From Candidatus Enterousia sp. (lineage in GTDB: Bacteria; Pseudomonadota; Alphaproteobacteria; Rs-D84): a stretch of DNA of 64,000 nucleotides. Below are positions 27,933 through 38,426 of this stretch, one piece after another. Position 1 is the stretch's first letter; every line of letters starts with the position of its first letter. The DNA is taken from the NCBI GenBank assembly GCA_045613785.1, contig JAZLBQ010000024.1, positions 32,001 to 96,000 on the forward strand, written 5' to 3'. Under the pieces are notes generated by a model. That model was not told the origin of the DNA and searched no databases. It was given only the letters and a program-made list of their open reading frames with translations. The position numbers were made by a program, and so were the translations under genes.

Positions 27933-29474
27933 ATGAGATTATTTTGCTTTTTTTGGGCGGTATGTTTTATGACTGTTGATGCCTCTTTTGGGGCAACAGT
28001 TGTGTCTGACGTTTATGGCGGACCAATAAGTTGTCGGACTGATTTTATTATTATGGAAAATGTTTCTTTTGGGCCGGATTCAGTGATGATTCAAGGGTCT
28101 GTGCAGATTGAAAATCGTGGTATGTTTCACAGCGATATTGTTGTGTGTGATGGGTGTAATTTATATGTGAGAAATAGTGGCGATTTTACTGCAAAAGTCC
28201 AGTTGGGAAACAATGCACAGGTAATCGCAGTTGTTGCAGAGCAGGCGGATATTTCAAACCTGAATATCGATTCGGAATATAGTGTTTTGGTACGTGGTGC
28301 AGATGGTATTAGTTTGGGCGATGTTGTTGAAAATTTTTCTGAGGCAAATCGAATTATATTAAATGACAGTTTTGTAGATATTACAGGGCTAAATTTAGAA
28401 TCTGATATTAGTATAGAATTAGACGGAAATGTTAGTTTTTATCTGGATGATTTAACAGAGTTTTATGCTGCTGGTATTCTTGAAAATCTTTCTGGTTGTG
28501 GAACAGTTACTTTCCTTGATAATTCAACAGATTCAATGTTTGTTGATGTCGGTATTGTTAAGGATGGTGTAATAGAGGTGCATCGTGAACGTGAGAAAAA
28601 TTATGTTCGTGTGCTGGGAAATGATAAACGTGCGATGCTGCTAAATCGATTGAGGACAAGTAAAGCAAATGATAATTTGTTTGCTGCCTTGGATACGGCA
28701 CAGGATAGGGCAGGTCTGGAAAATATAATGCGGCATTCTGTGCATTTTAATTCAGATGTGTTGGTTTCTGCTGGTCGAATGTTAAATATGGGGTTGATGA
28801 TAAATAATTCAATGACGAATAAACTTGATATTCGTCCTTTTGGTTTGTTCGCAGATGATTTTATTGCTTATGGGCTGGATGTTGGAGCTGTTTATAATTT
28901 TGATAGCAGGTTAAAGATAGACGGACGTATTCGCACTGGTGAATTAAAATATAGGTCTGAAATTGATGCGTTTAATGCTTGGTTCAATGGTATTAGGATT
29001 GCGGCAGAATATCAGTTCCCAAAAGATGATTTTATCAATATAAGTTTTCAGGGAATAAAAATTAAAACCGATATAAACGAAGTCTTGTATGATAATAAAT
29101 TTATTTCGAATCCAGATGTGTTGTCAGGTGTTGCGACATTTGATTATGGGTGGAATTTAAATTTAAGCGATTCGATTTTTGTTAGACCGCAGGTTGGTAT
29201 CACAGCGTATTTAGACAAGGTTGCAGATGAAATAGAATTTAATTGGTCTGGTCGTGCAGGGGCTGAGTTTGGATATAGTTTTGAATCACTGGGGTTGCGG
29301 TATGACTATGGTATTTTGACCGAAGTTGGAACAGAAAATCAATATAGTGTTTTAGGTCGTATGTCTGTATGGTCTGAATTTGATATGGCAGGTGGCCAAA
29401 TAAGCATAGGTGCATTACAGACAGGGAATGTAAAGGCCTGGCAATTATCAGTTGGGGTAAATATCGGATTTTGA
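27933..29474 (+). CDS. Autotransporter-like outer-membrane protein
   Basis: N-terminal signal, beta-rich passenger, amphipathic C-terminal strands (FVRPQVGI, RAGAEFGY), terminal Phe. Confidence 0.6.
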   Translation: MRLFCFFWAVCFMTVDASFGATVVSDVYGGPISCRTDFIIMENVSFGPDSVMIQGSVQIENRGMFHSDIVVCDGCNLYVRNSGDFTAKVQLGNNAQVIAVVAEQADISNLNIDSEYSVLVRGADGISLGDVVENFSEANRIILNDSFVDITGLNLESDISIELDGNVSFYLDDLTEFYAAGILENLSGCGTVTFLDNSTDSMFVDVGIVKDGVIEVHREREKNYVRVLGNDKRAMLLNRLRTSKANDNLFAALDTAQDRAGLENIMRHSVHFNSDVLVSAGRMLNMGLMINNSMTNKLDIRPFGLFADDFIAYGLDVGAVYNFDSRLKIDGRIRTGELKYRSEIDAFNAWFNGIRIAAEYQFPKDDFINISFQGIKIKTDINEVLYDNKFISNPDVLSGVATFDYGWNLNLSDSIFVRPQVGITAYLDKVADEIEFNWSGRAGAEFGYSFESLGLRYDYGILTEVGTENQYSVLGRMSVWSEFDMAGGQISIGALQTGNVKAWQLSVGVNIGF

Positions 29475-29475
29475 T

Positions 29476-30774
29476 TTAATCCGAAAATTTACCACGTAAT
29501 GATGCTTTGTTTGCTGATGTAATTGTAATGTTGGCAAGTTCTGGGGCGTTATCGACAGATGGAACAATGCACTGTTGCATAAAAGGTGTGCGATATACCA
29601 AATGTTTGCCTGTCTTGTCGGGGCCTTCGAGTAAGCATTGCAGGGTTTTATCAATGCAACTTTCGTTAAATTCACGTTGAACTTCGTTTAGATATGTGTC
29701 CAGACGTGCCAAGCGTGCGGCCTTGGTTGATTCTGGGATTTGATCTGGCATTAGTGCCGCTGCTGTGTGCGGACGTGGTGAATATTTGAACGAATATGAA
29801 TTGATATATTTTATTTGCTGGGCAATCTTCATTGTTTGTTCAAAGTCTTCATCAGTTTCACCAGGAAAACCAACAATAAAATCAGACGAGATTTGAATGT
29901 CAGGACGTGCCAATTTTAATTTGTTTATAATGTCGCAGTATAATTCCAGACTGTATGGACGGTTCATTCGTGATAGAACGTTTTGTGAGCCACTTTGGAT
30001 TGGCATGTTCAAAAATGGTAATAGTTTTGGTTCGATTTTGAACATTTCAATCAGGTCATCAGTCATTTCTGTTGGATAACTAGAAGTGAAACGTATACGT
30101 TGGATTTCTGGCATTTTTGCTGTTTCACGAATCAAATCAGACAGGCGATATGTCGTGCCGTTTTTATCGGTGTATTTATAGCCATTTACGTTCTGACCCA
30201 GGAAACAAATTTCAATTGCACCTGTTTTAGATGCGTGTAATGTTTCGGTAATAACCGATTCGAATGATCGAGATATTTCACGGCCACGTGTGTATGGAAC
30301 AATGCAATATGTGCAACAGTGATTACAACCTTCTTGGATTGGAATATAGGCAACACGTGGACTGCGTTCCATCTGGGGCAGAGAATCAAATTTTTCCAAA
30401 CCGCCCAAATCAATGTTTAACAGACGTGCGTCTGGATTTTCCAGAATTTGTGGCAGTTTATGATAACTTTGTGGGCCTAGGACAAAGTTCAAATCAGGAA
30501 TGCGACGAAATGCATCGCTGCCTGATTCACGGGCAACACAACCAACAATTCCAAACAGGGCGGTCGGCTTTTTTGCACGACGTATGCGACCCAGGGCTGA
30601 AAAAACTTTGTCCGTGGCCTTGGCACGAACGGCACAGGTATTTAGGATAATTATATCTGCATCGGGAATGTTGTCCGTCTGGGTCAGACCATGATGCGTC
30701 AGCATTGCTGCAATACGCCACCCATCATAAACATTCATTTGACAGCCAAAAGTTTGGATAAAGAATTTTTTCAT
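29476..30774 (-). CDS. miaB: tRNA-2-methylthio-i6A synthase MiaB
   Basis: TFGCQMNVYD, NTCAVR, QEGCNHCCTYC, DFIVGFPGET, YSPRPHT. Confidence 0.95.
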   Translation of the reverse strand: MKKFFIQTFGCQMNVYDGWRIAAMLTHHGLTQTDNIPDADIIILNTCAVRAKATDKVFSALGRIRRAKKPTALFGIVGCVARESGSDAFRRIPDLNFVLGPQSYHKLPQILENPDARLLNIDLGGLEKFDSLPQMERSPRVAYIPIQEGCNHCCTYCIVPYTRGREISRSFESVITETLHASKTGAIEICFLGQNVNGYKYTDKNGTTYRLSDLIRETAKMPEIQRIRFTSSYPTEMTDDLIEMFKIEPKLLPFLNMPIQSGSQNVLSRMNRPYSLELYCDIINKLKLARPDIQISSDFIVGFPGETDEDFEQTMKIAQQIKYINSYSFKYSPRPHTAAALMPDQIPESTKAARLARLDTYLNEVQREFNESCIDKTLQCLLEGPDKTGKHLVYRTPFMQQCIVPSVDNAPELANITITSANKASLRGKFSD

Positions 30775-30781
30775 TTGTTTC

Positions 30782-30955
30782 TTATTTGTTCTTGGTTCGT
30801 GTGTTGATAATTTTTTTGTTTATCTGTTTTTGTTTTGTGTTAAAAGCCCGCAAGGCATATTGCCGTTGGTATTTTTCAGACTTTGCAAGAATTTTACTTT
30901 GCGATTCGTGCATGCTCATTTGTTGCAGCATCGCCATAATTTCTTTTTGGGTCAT
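30782..30955 (-). CDS. Small basic hypothetical protein
   Basis: MTQKEIMAML...RTKNK; fills the gap just before miaB. Confidence 0.45.
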   Translation of the reverse strand: MTQKEIMAMLQQMSMHESQSKILAKSEKYQRQYALRAFNTKQKQINKKIINTRTKNK

Positions 30956-30959
30956 TGGC

Positions 30960-31208
30960 TTATCTGTGTTTTGTTCTGGTTGCGTCCTGTATGCGTTTTT
31001 TTGCCGCAGACATTTTAGTTTGCCATGAACGACCTGGCTGTTTAATAACAGGAGCCTGTTGTGGGGCAGGTTGTGGTGCAGCTGCAATAGATGTTTTTTT
31101 GTTTGGTGTGTGAATAGAAGTTGTTTCGACAATGTCAGGAATTTCTACTAGTCCGTATTGAACGCCTGTGATGCAGTTGTTTTCAATGATTTTGATAACT
31201 TTGGTCAT
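30960..31208 (-). CDS. Small hypothetical protein
   Basis: AAGGA SD then MTKVIKII..., directly after gatB. Confidence 0.55.
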   Translation of the reverse strand: MTKVIKIIENNCITGVQYGLVEIPDIVETTSIHTPNKKTSIAAAPQPAPQQAPVIKQPGRSWQTKMSAAKKRIQDATRTKHR

Positions 31209-31226
31209 AATTTTTCCTTTTTGTTT

Positions 31227-32747
31227 TTATGCTAATTTTGCGCGTAAGATTTCGTTTACAACGGCTGGGTTTGCAGTGCCACCTGTTTTCTTCATAACAT
31301 TTCCAACAAAGAAACCCAAGAGGCCAACCTTGCCTGATTTGTATTGTTCTACCTGAGATGGATTGGCAGCGATGACTTCGTCAACGATTGCTTCGATTGC
31401 ACCAGTGTCTGTCATTTGTTTCATGCCGTATTTGTCAGCAATTTCACGTGGTGTTCCCGATTCGCCGTCCAGCATTTTGATGAAGATTTCTTTGGCCTGT
31501 TTGCCGTTGATTGTGTTTTCGCTAATCATATCGACCAGTTCTGATAAGTCAGATGGGGTGATTATACGCATTTCATCGACAATACCTGATTTCTGATTTT
31601 TTACATCCCAATTTTCAGGGTGTGCAAACAGTTCACTTATCATCCAGTTGGCGATTGATTTTGCGTTCTGTTTTTTGCCGTTTACAGCGGCGTCATACCA
31701 GTGTGAAATGTCAACTGTTTCGGTAAGTCTTGCCGCATCATATTCGGACAGCCCGAAATCCGCTGTATAGCGTGCACGGGTCGCTGATGGTAGTTCTGGC
31801 ATTGTTGAACGTATGCGTTCGATTTGTTCGTCGGTGATTTCCACAGGCAACAGGTCTGGGTCTGGGAAATAACGATAATCCAGTGCGTCTTCCTTGCTTC
31901 GCATTACAGATGTTGTGCCGTCGTCCTGGTGAAAACGCATTGTGTCTTGGGAAACAGTGCCGCCGTTTTCATAAGCCTCTATCTGGCGGCGTGCTTCATA
32001 TTCAATCGCTGTTTTTATAAACTTAAATGAAACCATATTTTTTGTTTCGGTGCGGGTGCGGAATTCGGTTGATCCAACAGGGCGAACAGATACATTTACG
32101 TCCGCACGCATAGAGCCTTCTTCCATGTTTGCCTTGGATACGCCCAGGGCACGTGCAATTTCACGAATTTCACGAAGATAGCGTTCTGCTTCGTCTGGGG
32201 AAGAAATGTAAGAATTGTTTTCTGGATTTTTTGTGTCCAAATATGTGACGATTTCTAGCAAGGCAACCCCTGTGCGGTTATAGTCAGCAAAGGATTTTGT
32301 TGGATGAACGTCGTGTTTCAATTTTCCAGCGTCTTGTTCCAAGTGAGCACGTTCAATGAAAATCTTTTTAGGATTGCCATCGTCGCCCATAATTTCAACC
32401 CAGCCACGGCCAACAACAGGTGGTTCGTCCGCTGGTTGTGAAATCTGATAGCCTTGGGGCAGGTCGGGGTAGAAGTATTGCTTGCGTGCAAAACGACTGT
32501 GATGTGAAATTTCAGCATTTAGCCCCAATCCCATTTTTATAGCCTGGTCAACGCAATATTTGTTCAGAACTGGCAACATACCAGGCATTGCAACATCAAC
32601 CATTGAAACCTGGGTGTTTGGGGAAACTGTGGGGTTGTAATCCGCAGATGCACCACTGAATAATTTCGATTCGGACAGCACTTCGATGTGTGTTTCCAGA
32701 CCAATTACTAATTCCCAATCGCCTGTTTTGCCTTTTATTGTAAACAT
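31227..32747 (-). CDS. gatB: Asp/Glu-tRNA amidotransferase subunit B
   Basis: VIGLETH, YFYPDLPQGYQISQ, EQDAGK, MRADVNVS, DYRYFPDPDL. Confidence 0.97.
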   Translation of the reverse strand: MFTIKGKTGDWELVIGLETHIEVLSESKLFSGASADYNPTVSPNTQVSMVDVAMPGMLPVLNKYCVDQAIKMGLGLNAEISHHSRFARKQYFYPDLPQGYQISQPADEPPVVGRGWVEIMGDDGNPKKIFIERAHLEQDAGKLKHDVHPTKSFADYNRTGVALLEIVTYLDTKNPENNSYISSPDEAERYLREIREIARALGVSKANMEEGSMRADVNVSVRPVGSTEFRTRTETKNMVSFKFIKTAIEYEARRQIEAYENGGTVSQDTMRFHQDDGTTSVMRSKEDALDYRYFPDPDLLPVEITDEQIERIRSTMPELPSATRARYTADFGLSEYDAARLTETVDISHWYDAAVNGKKQNAKSIANWMISELFAHPENWDVKNQKSGIVDEMRIITPSDLSELVDMISENTINGKQAKEIFIKMLDGESGTPREIADKYGMKQMTDTGAIEAIVDEVIAANPSQVEQYKSGKVGLLGFFVGNVMKKTGGTANPAVVNEILRAKLA

Positions 32748-32803
32748 TTTATCTTTTTCCCTTGCTTTTTTATTTTTAGTATCTTATTATTTGTCCCGCA
32801 GTT

Positions 32804-32879
32804 GGCTAGGTAGCTCAGTTGGTAGAGCAAGGGACTGAAAATCCCTGTGTCGGCGGTTCGATTCCGTCCCTAGCCACCA
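32804..32879 (+). tRNA. tRNA-Phe(GAA)
   Basis: GGCTAGG acceptor stem, anticodon loop CT-GAA-AA, GGTTCGATTCC, CCA end. Confidence 0.97.
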
Positions 32880-32947
32880 CTTCTTTTATAGCGACCTTTG
32901 TGGTCGTTTTTTTATTGCCAAAAGAAGTGGACGGTAATTTCATTTCT

Positions 32948-34414
32948 TTATTTCCCCATAATTGTTGTTGGGCGGTTGTCAATGTCTGCTGCTGTTTCTA
33001 TGTGTTTTGCCAACTGTAAAACACGTTTGTCGTCAAAACGACGGCCAACAACCTGGACGCCCAAAGGCAGACCGTTTGTTGCCAGACCACATGGAACACT
33101 GCATGCAGGAACGCCAGCCAGATTCATTGCAACTGTAAATAAATCCAATGCATAGTATTCCAATGGTGACAGGTCAGAACTTAGTGGCATTGCTGTGCCA
33201 GCACTGGATGGGCATATGATTAAATCGCACTGTTCAAATGCTGAATTAAAGCTGTCTGCGATTTTGCGACGAACACGTGCCGCCTGCATAAAGTAAACAT
33301 CATAGGATTCACTGGATAAAACAGCTGTGCCAATAATCATACGACGTTGAACTTCGTCGCCAAAGCCCGCTGCACGTGATTTCTTGAATGTGTCATAGAT
33401 GTCAGAACCTTCAACACGCAGACCATAACGCATTCCGTCATAACGTGCCAGGTTTGATGATGCTTCGGCTGGGGCAATGATGTAGTATGCCGCCAATGCG
33501 TCCAAAATGTTTGGAATCGATATTTCAACAATTTCTGCACCAAGTGATTTTAAATCTGCGATTCGTTTTTCAAACAGGGTCTTCATATCGTCAGAAATTT
33601 TAACGTCATTAAATTCACGGATGATGCCAATGCGTAATTTCTTGCCATCGCCCAAGATTGGTTCTAGTGGTGTTTTGCAATCAAAACCATTTGTTGCACT
33701 GGTTGAATCTTTGACATCGTGGCTGGCCATTGCAGATAATAATAATGCTGCATCATCAACAGTGCGTGTGATTGGACCTGGGGTGTCCAGGCTGGACGCA
33801 AATGCAACGCAACCCCAACGTGAACATAGACCGTATGTTGGCTTCATTCCAACCATACCTGTGATTGCAGCAGGGAAACGAATTGAACCACCTGTGTCTG
33901 TGCCTGTTGCTGCAATTGCAAGACCACCAGCCACAGCAGATGTAGATCCACCAGATGAACCACCAGCGGTCAATTGCTTGTCCAGTTGCCATGGGTTGAT
34001 TGGTGCACCAAAGTATGAGGTTTGGCTGAATGTGCCCATTGCAAATTCGTCAAGGTTTGCCTTGCCCAGCAGGACTGTGCCAGCATCAATCAAGTTTTGT
34101 GATACTGTCGATTCATATTCTGGAACAAATTTTTCCAGCATACGTGATGCCGCCGTTGTGCGAATGCCACGTGTTGCAAATAAATCCTTCATTGCGATTG
34201 GTGCACCGTCCAGGAATTTTGCCTCGCCAGCACTGCGTCTGGCATCAGATGCTGCTGCATCGGCCATCGCACGTTCAGGTGTTGTTGTAATGTAACAATT
34301 CAAATCTGAACCATATTTTTCAATTCGATCCAGATAGCACCGTGTCAATTCAACAGCGGAAATTTCACCGTTGTTTAGTTTCTTTAAAGCTTCGGTCAAT
34401 GTTAGGTTTATCAT
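32948..34414 (-). CDS. gatA: Asp/Glu-tRNA amidotransferase subunit A
   Basis: GGSSGGS, GTDTGGSIRFPA, EASSNLARYDG. Confidence 0.96.
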   Translation of the reverse strand: MINLTLTEALKKLNNGEISAVELTRCYLDRIEKYGSDLNCYITTTPERAMADAAASDARRSAGEAKFLDGAPIAMKDLFATRGIRTTAASRMLEKFVPEYESTVSQNLIDAGTVLLGKANLDEFAMGTFSQTSYFGAPINPWQLDKQLTAGGSSGGSTSAVAGGLAIAATGTDTGGSIRFPAAITGMVGMKPTYGLCSRWGCVAFASSLDTPGPITRTVDDAALLLSAMASHDVKDSTSATNGFDCKTPLEPILGDGKKLRIGIIREFNDVKISDDMKTLFEKRIADLKSLGAEIVEISIPNILDALAAYYIIAPAEASSNLARYDGMRYGLRVEGSDIYDTFKKSRAAGFGDEVQRRMIIGTAVLSSESYDVYFMQAARVRRKIADSFNSAFEQCDLIICPSSAGTAMPLSSDLSPLEYYALDLFTVAMNLAGVPACSVPCGLATNGLPLGVQVVGRRFDDKRVLQLAKHIETAADIDNRPTTIMGK

Positions 34415-34450
34415 CTTTTCTTCGTCCCTGATTTTGTGAAATTTTAGTTC

Positions 34451-34882
34451 TTATTTCTGTTTGTCTTTTGCATAATGTTGTGGATATAAAATCGCACCCA
34501 GTGTGTTGCGTATAAATTCATCACAGCATTGGCCGTTCTTTAAATTGCGGGCACAGCGTTTTATTTTATCTGCCTCGCTTAGGGTGCAATTTTTCTTGCC
34601 ACATTGTGGGTATTGATCAAAATAAAACATTCCATCAATGGACAGTGAACGACGACGTTCGTTGCCACCAAAGACATTGCCAAATCCTGTGTGTTCGCTG
34701 TATTCCAAATTTAGTGTCTTTATACAGGCGTTGGGGGCAACGTTTCGTGTAGATAATTTTTCCATCAAAGCGTCAAGTTCAATGCGTGTGATACAACCCA
34801 ATGACGCAATGTGATTTGGGAAGTGTTCATACTGTTCATATTGAACAAAATTTACAGGAATGTTTTTTTCTGTGTTTGACAT
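34451..34882 (-). CDS. Hypothetical protein inserted between gatC and gatA
   Basis: Starts immediately after the gatC stop; Cys cluster; ends KDKQK. Confidence 0.65.
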   Translation of the reverse strand: MSNTEKNIPVNFVQYEQYEHFPNHIASLGCITRIELDALMEKLSTRNVAPNACIKTLNLEYSEHTGFGNVFGGNERRRSLSIDGMFYFDQYPQCGKKNCTLSEADKIKRCARNLKNGQCCDEFIRNTLGAILYPQHYAKDKQK

Positions 34883-35179
34883 TTATTCGCCATCCATAAC
34901 CTTGGGAACTGCAAAATAACCACGTGATGTACCAGCGTTATCAGGCGTGTTGGCCAAGACCAAATCACGAATGTTGCCGTCGGTAACAATGTCTTCACGT
35001 TGAGGTAATTTATGTTCTGCTGGATTTAACATCGGTTGAACGCCAGTTGTGTCAATCTGTTGTAATTTGTCCAGCCATTCGACAACAGAATCAATGTTCA
35101 TTTGTTCCAGTTTTTCGTCCGAGATTTCAATCTTTATCAAATCGGCGAATTTTTGTAATTGTTGCTTGCTAAATGCCAT
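34883..35179 (-). CDS. gatC: Amidotransferase subunit C
   Basis: LQQIDTTGVQPM, REDIVTDG, YFAVPKV. Confidence 0.9.
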   Translation of the reverse strand: MAFSKQQLQKFADLIKIEISDEKLEQMNIDSVVEWLDKLQQIDTTGVQPMLNPAEHKLPQREDIVTDGNIRDLVLANTPDNAGTSRGYFAVPKVMDGE

Positions 35180-35217
35180 TTTCAATCCTATATTTACAAA
35201 GTAAAAGGAATTATACA

Positions 35218-35664
35218 ATGATTTTGCCAGATTTCAAGGCTTTTCCGCCGTCAGGACGCATTTTGGGAATTGATTGGGGATTGCGACGAATAGGGGTTGC
35301 AGTCAGCAGTTTGGATAGGGAATTTGTCTTTGTTCGTGATGTGATTGCTGTGCCAAAAGGGGCAGATGCAGCACGATTGGTAGGCGCGGTTGTTCATCAA
35401 GAAAATGTCAATGCAGTTGTTGTAGGTTTGCCTGTTCGGTCTGATGGGACAGAGTCTGAAACAACACAGTTGGTAAGAGAGTTTGTGGCAGAATTAGAAA
35501 AAGTTATTTCACAACCAATTATTTTTATTGAAGAGAATTTAACTTCCCAGGCAGCACAGGAAGAAATGGGACGGGTTAGGGTTAGCGATATAAAGAAAAA
35601 ATTAGATTCAGAATCTGCACGTGTGATTTTAGAAAATGCAATTGCAATGATAAATCGGGCTTAG
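35218..35664 (+). CDS. ruvX: YqgF/RuvX pre-16S rRNA nuclease
   Basis: ILGIDWGLRRIGVAVS, VVGLP, EENLTS, DSESARVIL. Confidence 0.88.
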   Translation: MILPDFKAFPPSGRILGIDWGLRRIGVAVSSLDREFVFVRDVIAVPKGADAARLVGAVVHQENVNAVVVGLPVRSDGTESETTQLVREFVAELEKVISQPIIFIEENLTSQAAQEEMGRVRVSDIKKKLDSESARVILENAIAMINRA

Positions 35665-35707
35665 ATAAAAAGCCCGGTTTTTATGTGTATAGCGTGTTTT
35701 TATTTTG

Positions 35708-36754
35708 TTATTGTTCTTCGTTTTTGTCTGGGATATTGCCGTCAGCAGATAACAGGACTGCAATCCAACGAGTTGAGTCAAATTGGGCACAGATGATATA
35801 TACAGCAACCAGAATTGGAACGCTGAAAAACATGCCAGGAATTCCCCAAATCAGACCCCAAACAACCAGGTTTATCAAAATTGCCAATGTTGACAGGTTT
35901 AATGTCTTGCCTGTCAGTTTTGGTTCTATGATATTGCCGAATAATATTTGCATTGTAATAAGTCCAATAGCTGTCAAAACAGGTTGCTGTAATGATGGTG
36001 CAGAAACTAATGAATATAATATTGGCAACGAGCAAGCAACAATCGCACCAATTGTTGGAATATAACTGGTAATAAAAACGATGAACGCCCAAACGCCTGC
36101 AAATTCAACACCAATCATTTGAAGCCATATAAATGATGCAACGCCAGTGATCGCAGATATGGCGGTTTTTACAAATAAATACTTCTTCATGTTTGTGTCG
36201 ATACTGTCCAGAATATATCGCATTTTTTTATACTGACGACGACCCGGGAACATTGCTGAAAATTTTTTGTTAAATGTGCTTTGTTCTACAAACATAAATA
36301 TCATATAAACAATGACCATGCCCATAGATGCTGCAATACTTGCAATCGAAGAACCGATGTTTGTTGCTATCTTGGTAATGTTTGGAATCAGATTTGCATC
36401 AAACTTTATGCCAAGTGATTGAGATAGGTAGGTGCCAAGTGTTGTTAGGCGTTCTTGGATTGCGGGCAGGGCGTTGAACAGTTCGCTGAACATAGGACGA
36501 ATCTGGGTGGCAAACAGATAACCAACAATAAATATTGTAATAAATGTTGCAATGTATGAAACCCAATCAAAGAAACTCGAATATATTTTTGTGCGTTTGT
36601 TTGTTGGTGTGCGATATGGCAGAGCCCGACGATAATACTCGGATGTTGCGTTGGTCAGATACCACAAAAAACCAGCGATTAGTAATGGAATCAGTATAGA
36701 ACGAGCGACCCATAATAAAAAAATAAGTGCTGTAAAAATTATAATTCCGTGCAT
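35708..36754 (-). CDS. AI-2E (PerM) family transporter
   Basis: Multiple TM helices; YIPTIG, GNIIEPK, WGLIWGIPGMFFSVP. Confidence 0.88.
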   Translation of the reverse strand: MHGIIIFTALIFLLWVARSILIPLLIAGFLWYLTNATSEYYRRALPYRTPTNKRTKIYSSFFDWVSYIATFITIFIVGYLFATQIRPMFSELFNALPAIQERLTTLGTYLSQSLGIKFDANLIPNITKIATNIGSSIASIAASMGMVIVYMIFMFVEQSTFNKKFSAMFPGRRQYKKMRYILDSIDTNMKKYLFVKTAISAITGVASFIWLQMIGVEFAGVWAFIVFITSYIPTIGAIVACSLPILYSLVSAPSLQQPVLTAIGLITMQILFGNIIEPKLTGKTLNLSTLAILINLVVWGLIWGIPGMFFSVPILVAVYIICAQFDSTRWIAVLLSADGNIPDKNEEQ

Positions 36755-36801
36755 GATAAAATCCTTTGTTTGCTTTGAAACTGTGCGTATAGACGTTTTT
36801 T

Positions 36802-37722
36802 TTATTGTGTGTTTGTTGGTTCAGATTGTTCGTATGTGTCTGAAATTGTTATCTGAACATTTTGTGAAGTTGCGGGGATAAGTGTTATGTATAAAATTGT
36901 GCTTATCAATATCGTCAGATTAAATATCATTGTTGCAGTTGAATATTTTTTATCAATGCTTTTTATGAACTTTTTTTGCCCACTTTGAATAACCCAAAGA
37001 CCAAATATCAGTGCAAGGGAAAAGGTTAGAAGTGTTGTGCCAAAACCAAAGAAAAAACCGGAAATCAATGTGATGAATATGTAAGATGTGATTGTATGTG
37101 TTGGATGTGCAATAATCCAATCGTGGATTTTTTTATAGGTCGGTGTTGTTGGTATGATAGAAGAAGTGTTCTGTGTTGGTGTGTTCAGGATATAACCAGG
37201 TGTCCACAGGGCGGAAAAACCAAAAGGAACACAAAGTATTATTTTCCAGGTCGGGATATTAAATGCACGAATTTTGCGGAATTTAGCATATGCATTTGCA
37301 ATGAGCAGTCCAATTATAAATAAATAGAACATCAGGCCTGCAATCAAGGCTAGTAGAAAGCCTGATGAGATTTGTGTTTCAAGCATCAGTAGATTGAATA
37401 AAATTTGCTGAGCATATTTAATTACGAAGAAAGAAGAAAGTAAAAATGCAGAAGTCAAAATCAGGGTTTGAGAATTATGTATTGTGATAAAAGATGATTG
37501 ATCCAGATTTGTTTTTGGTAGTGTTCGAACTTGAACAAAAGCCCCAAATATCAAGGAAAGCGTTGTTATTGTTAGCACGGATGTGCGACTTATTTGTGTG
37601 GGGTTAAACATTAGGCTGAAAATGAAAGCGACCACAATCATTGTGCCAAACGAAATCAGTGCGAATTTTAAAGGCGACCAAAATGTCCAGGTTGATAAAC
37701 GTTGTGTGGTGTTTGATTTCAT
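36802..37722 (-). CDS. Polytopic membrane protein, unknown function
   Basis: About 8 hydrophobic segments. Confidence 0.7.
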   Translation of the reverse strand: MKSNTTQRLSTWTFWSPLKFALISFGTMIVVAFIFSLMFNPTQISRTSVLTITTLSLIFGAFVQVRTLPKTNLDQSSFITIHNSQTLILTSAFLLSSFFVIKYAQQILFNLLMLETQISSGFLLALIAGLMFYLFIIGLLIANAYAKFRKIRAFNIPTWKIILCVPFGFSALWTPGYILNTPTQNTSSIIPTTPTYKKIHDWIIAHPTHTITSYIFITLISGFFFGFGTTLLTFSLALIFGLWVIQSGQKKFIKSIDKKYSTATMIFNLTILISTILYITLIPATSQNVQITISDTYEQSEPTNTQ

Positions 37723-37744
37723 TTTTTCCTTCCTTTTTTGTTCT

Positions 37745-38422
37745 TTATTCTATCACAATTTTTCCATTGGATAAAGTTGTCGTGTTTGTTGGTGCGACTA
37801 GTTCTGTGAACTTTGATTGGTGCGATATAAATAAAAATGTTGTGTTTGACATTGTGTGAATTGTGTCCGCAATCAGTTGTTGGGTTTTTGTGTCTGCACC
37901 AGAGTCTGGTTCGTCAAGGATTGCTAACTTTGGTTGGGTTAAAAGCAGTTGTAATAACATCAAACGTTTGCGTTCACCGCCAGAAAATCCAACGTTTATA
38001 CTGCGGTTTAACCATTGTTTTGGAATGTCTAGGGCACTTCGTGCGTTTTCTAAATTTTGCAGAAATTCGCCCATAGATAAATCGTGGCCTGTGCGGAAAT
38101 GCGTGTGTGCAACAAGTGAGTGTTTCAGAAAACTGATAACTGTCAGACCTGGGATTTCTGGAACGTTTTGAGAACCGATAAATAATCCTAGTAATGCACG
38201 TGTTGTAATGTTTTCGTGTGTTATATCGTGGCCGTCAAATATGATTTTGCCAGATGAGATTGTGTATTCTGGGTTGCCAGCAATTGTTTGTGCCAGGGTC
38301 GATTTGCCAGAACCGTTATGACCGCAAAGCAGGTGGCGTTCGCCAGGTGCTATGTTTAGGTTTATGTCCGATAGTAATTTTGTGTCGCCTAGGTTGACGT
38401 TTAGATTTTCGATTTTTAGCAT
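37745..38422 (-). CDS. sufC: Fe-S assembly ATPase SufC
   Basis: GHNGSGKST, NVGFSGGERKR, ILDEPDSG. Confidence 0.9.
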   Translation of the reverse strand: MLKIENLNVNLGDTKLLSDINLNIAPGERHLLCGHNGSGKSTLAQTIAGNPEYTISSGKIIFDGHDITHENITTRALLGLFIGSQNVPEIPGLTVISFLKHSLVAHTHFRTGHDLSMGEFLQNLENARSALDIPKQWLNRSINVGFSGGERKRLMLLQLLLTQPKLAILDEPDSGADTKTQQLIADTIHTMSNTTFLFISHQSKFTELVAPTNTTTLSNGKIVIE

Positions 38423-38426
38423 TCGT

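Noticed and set aside
25836-29474. tRNA-Lys-anchored genomic island
   Set aside because: Accessory-looking genes, but I found no integrase and no duplicated tRNA 3' end.
30782-31208. Frameshifted pseudogene
   Set aside because: Reads more simply as two adjacent small ORFs (stop at 30960, ATG at 30955); a frameshift is not excluded but unsupported.
33507-34295. 262-aa plus-strand ORF and similar long antisense ORFs
   Set aside because: Antisense shadows of conserved genes (gatA, ileS, parE) with no recognisable motifs.
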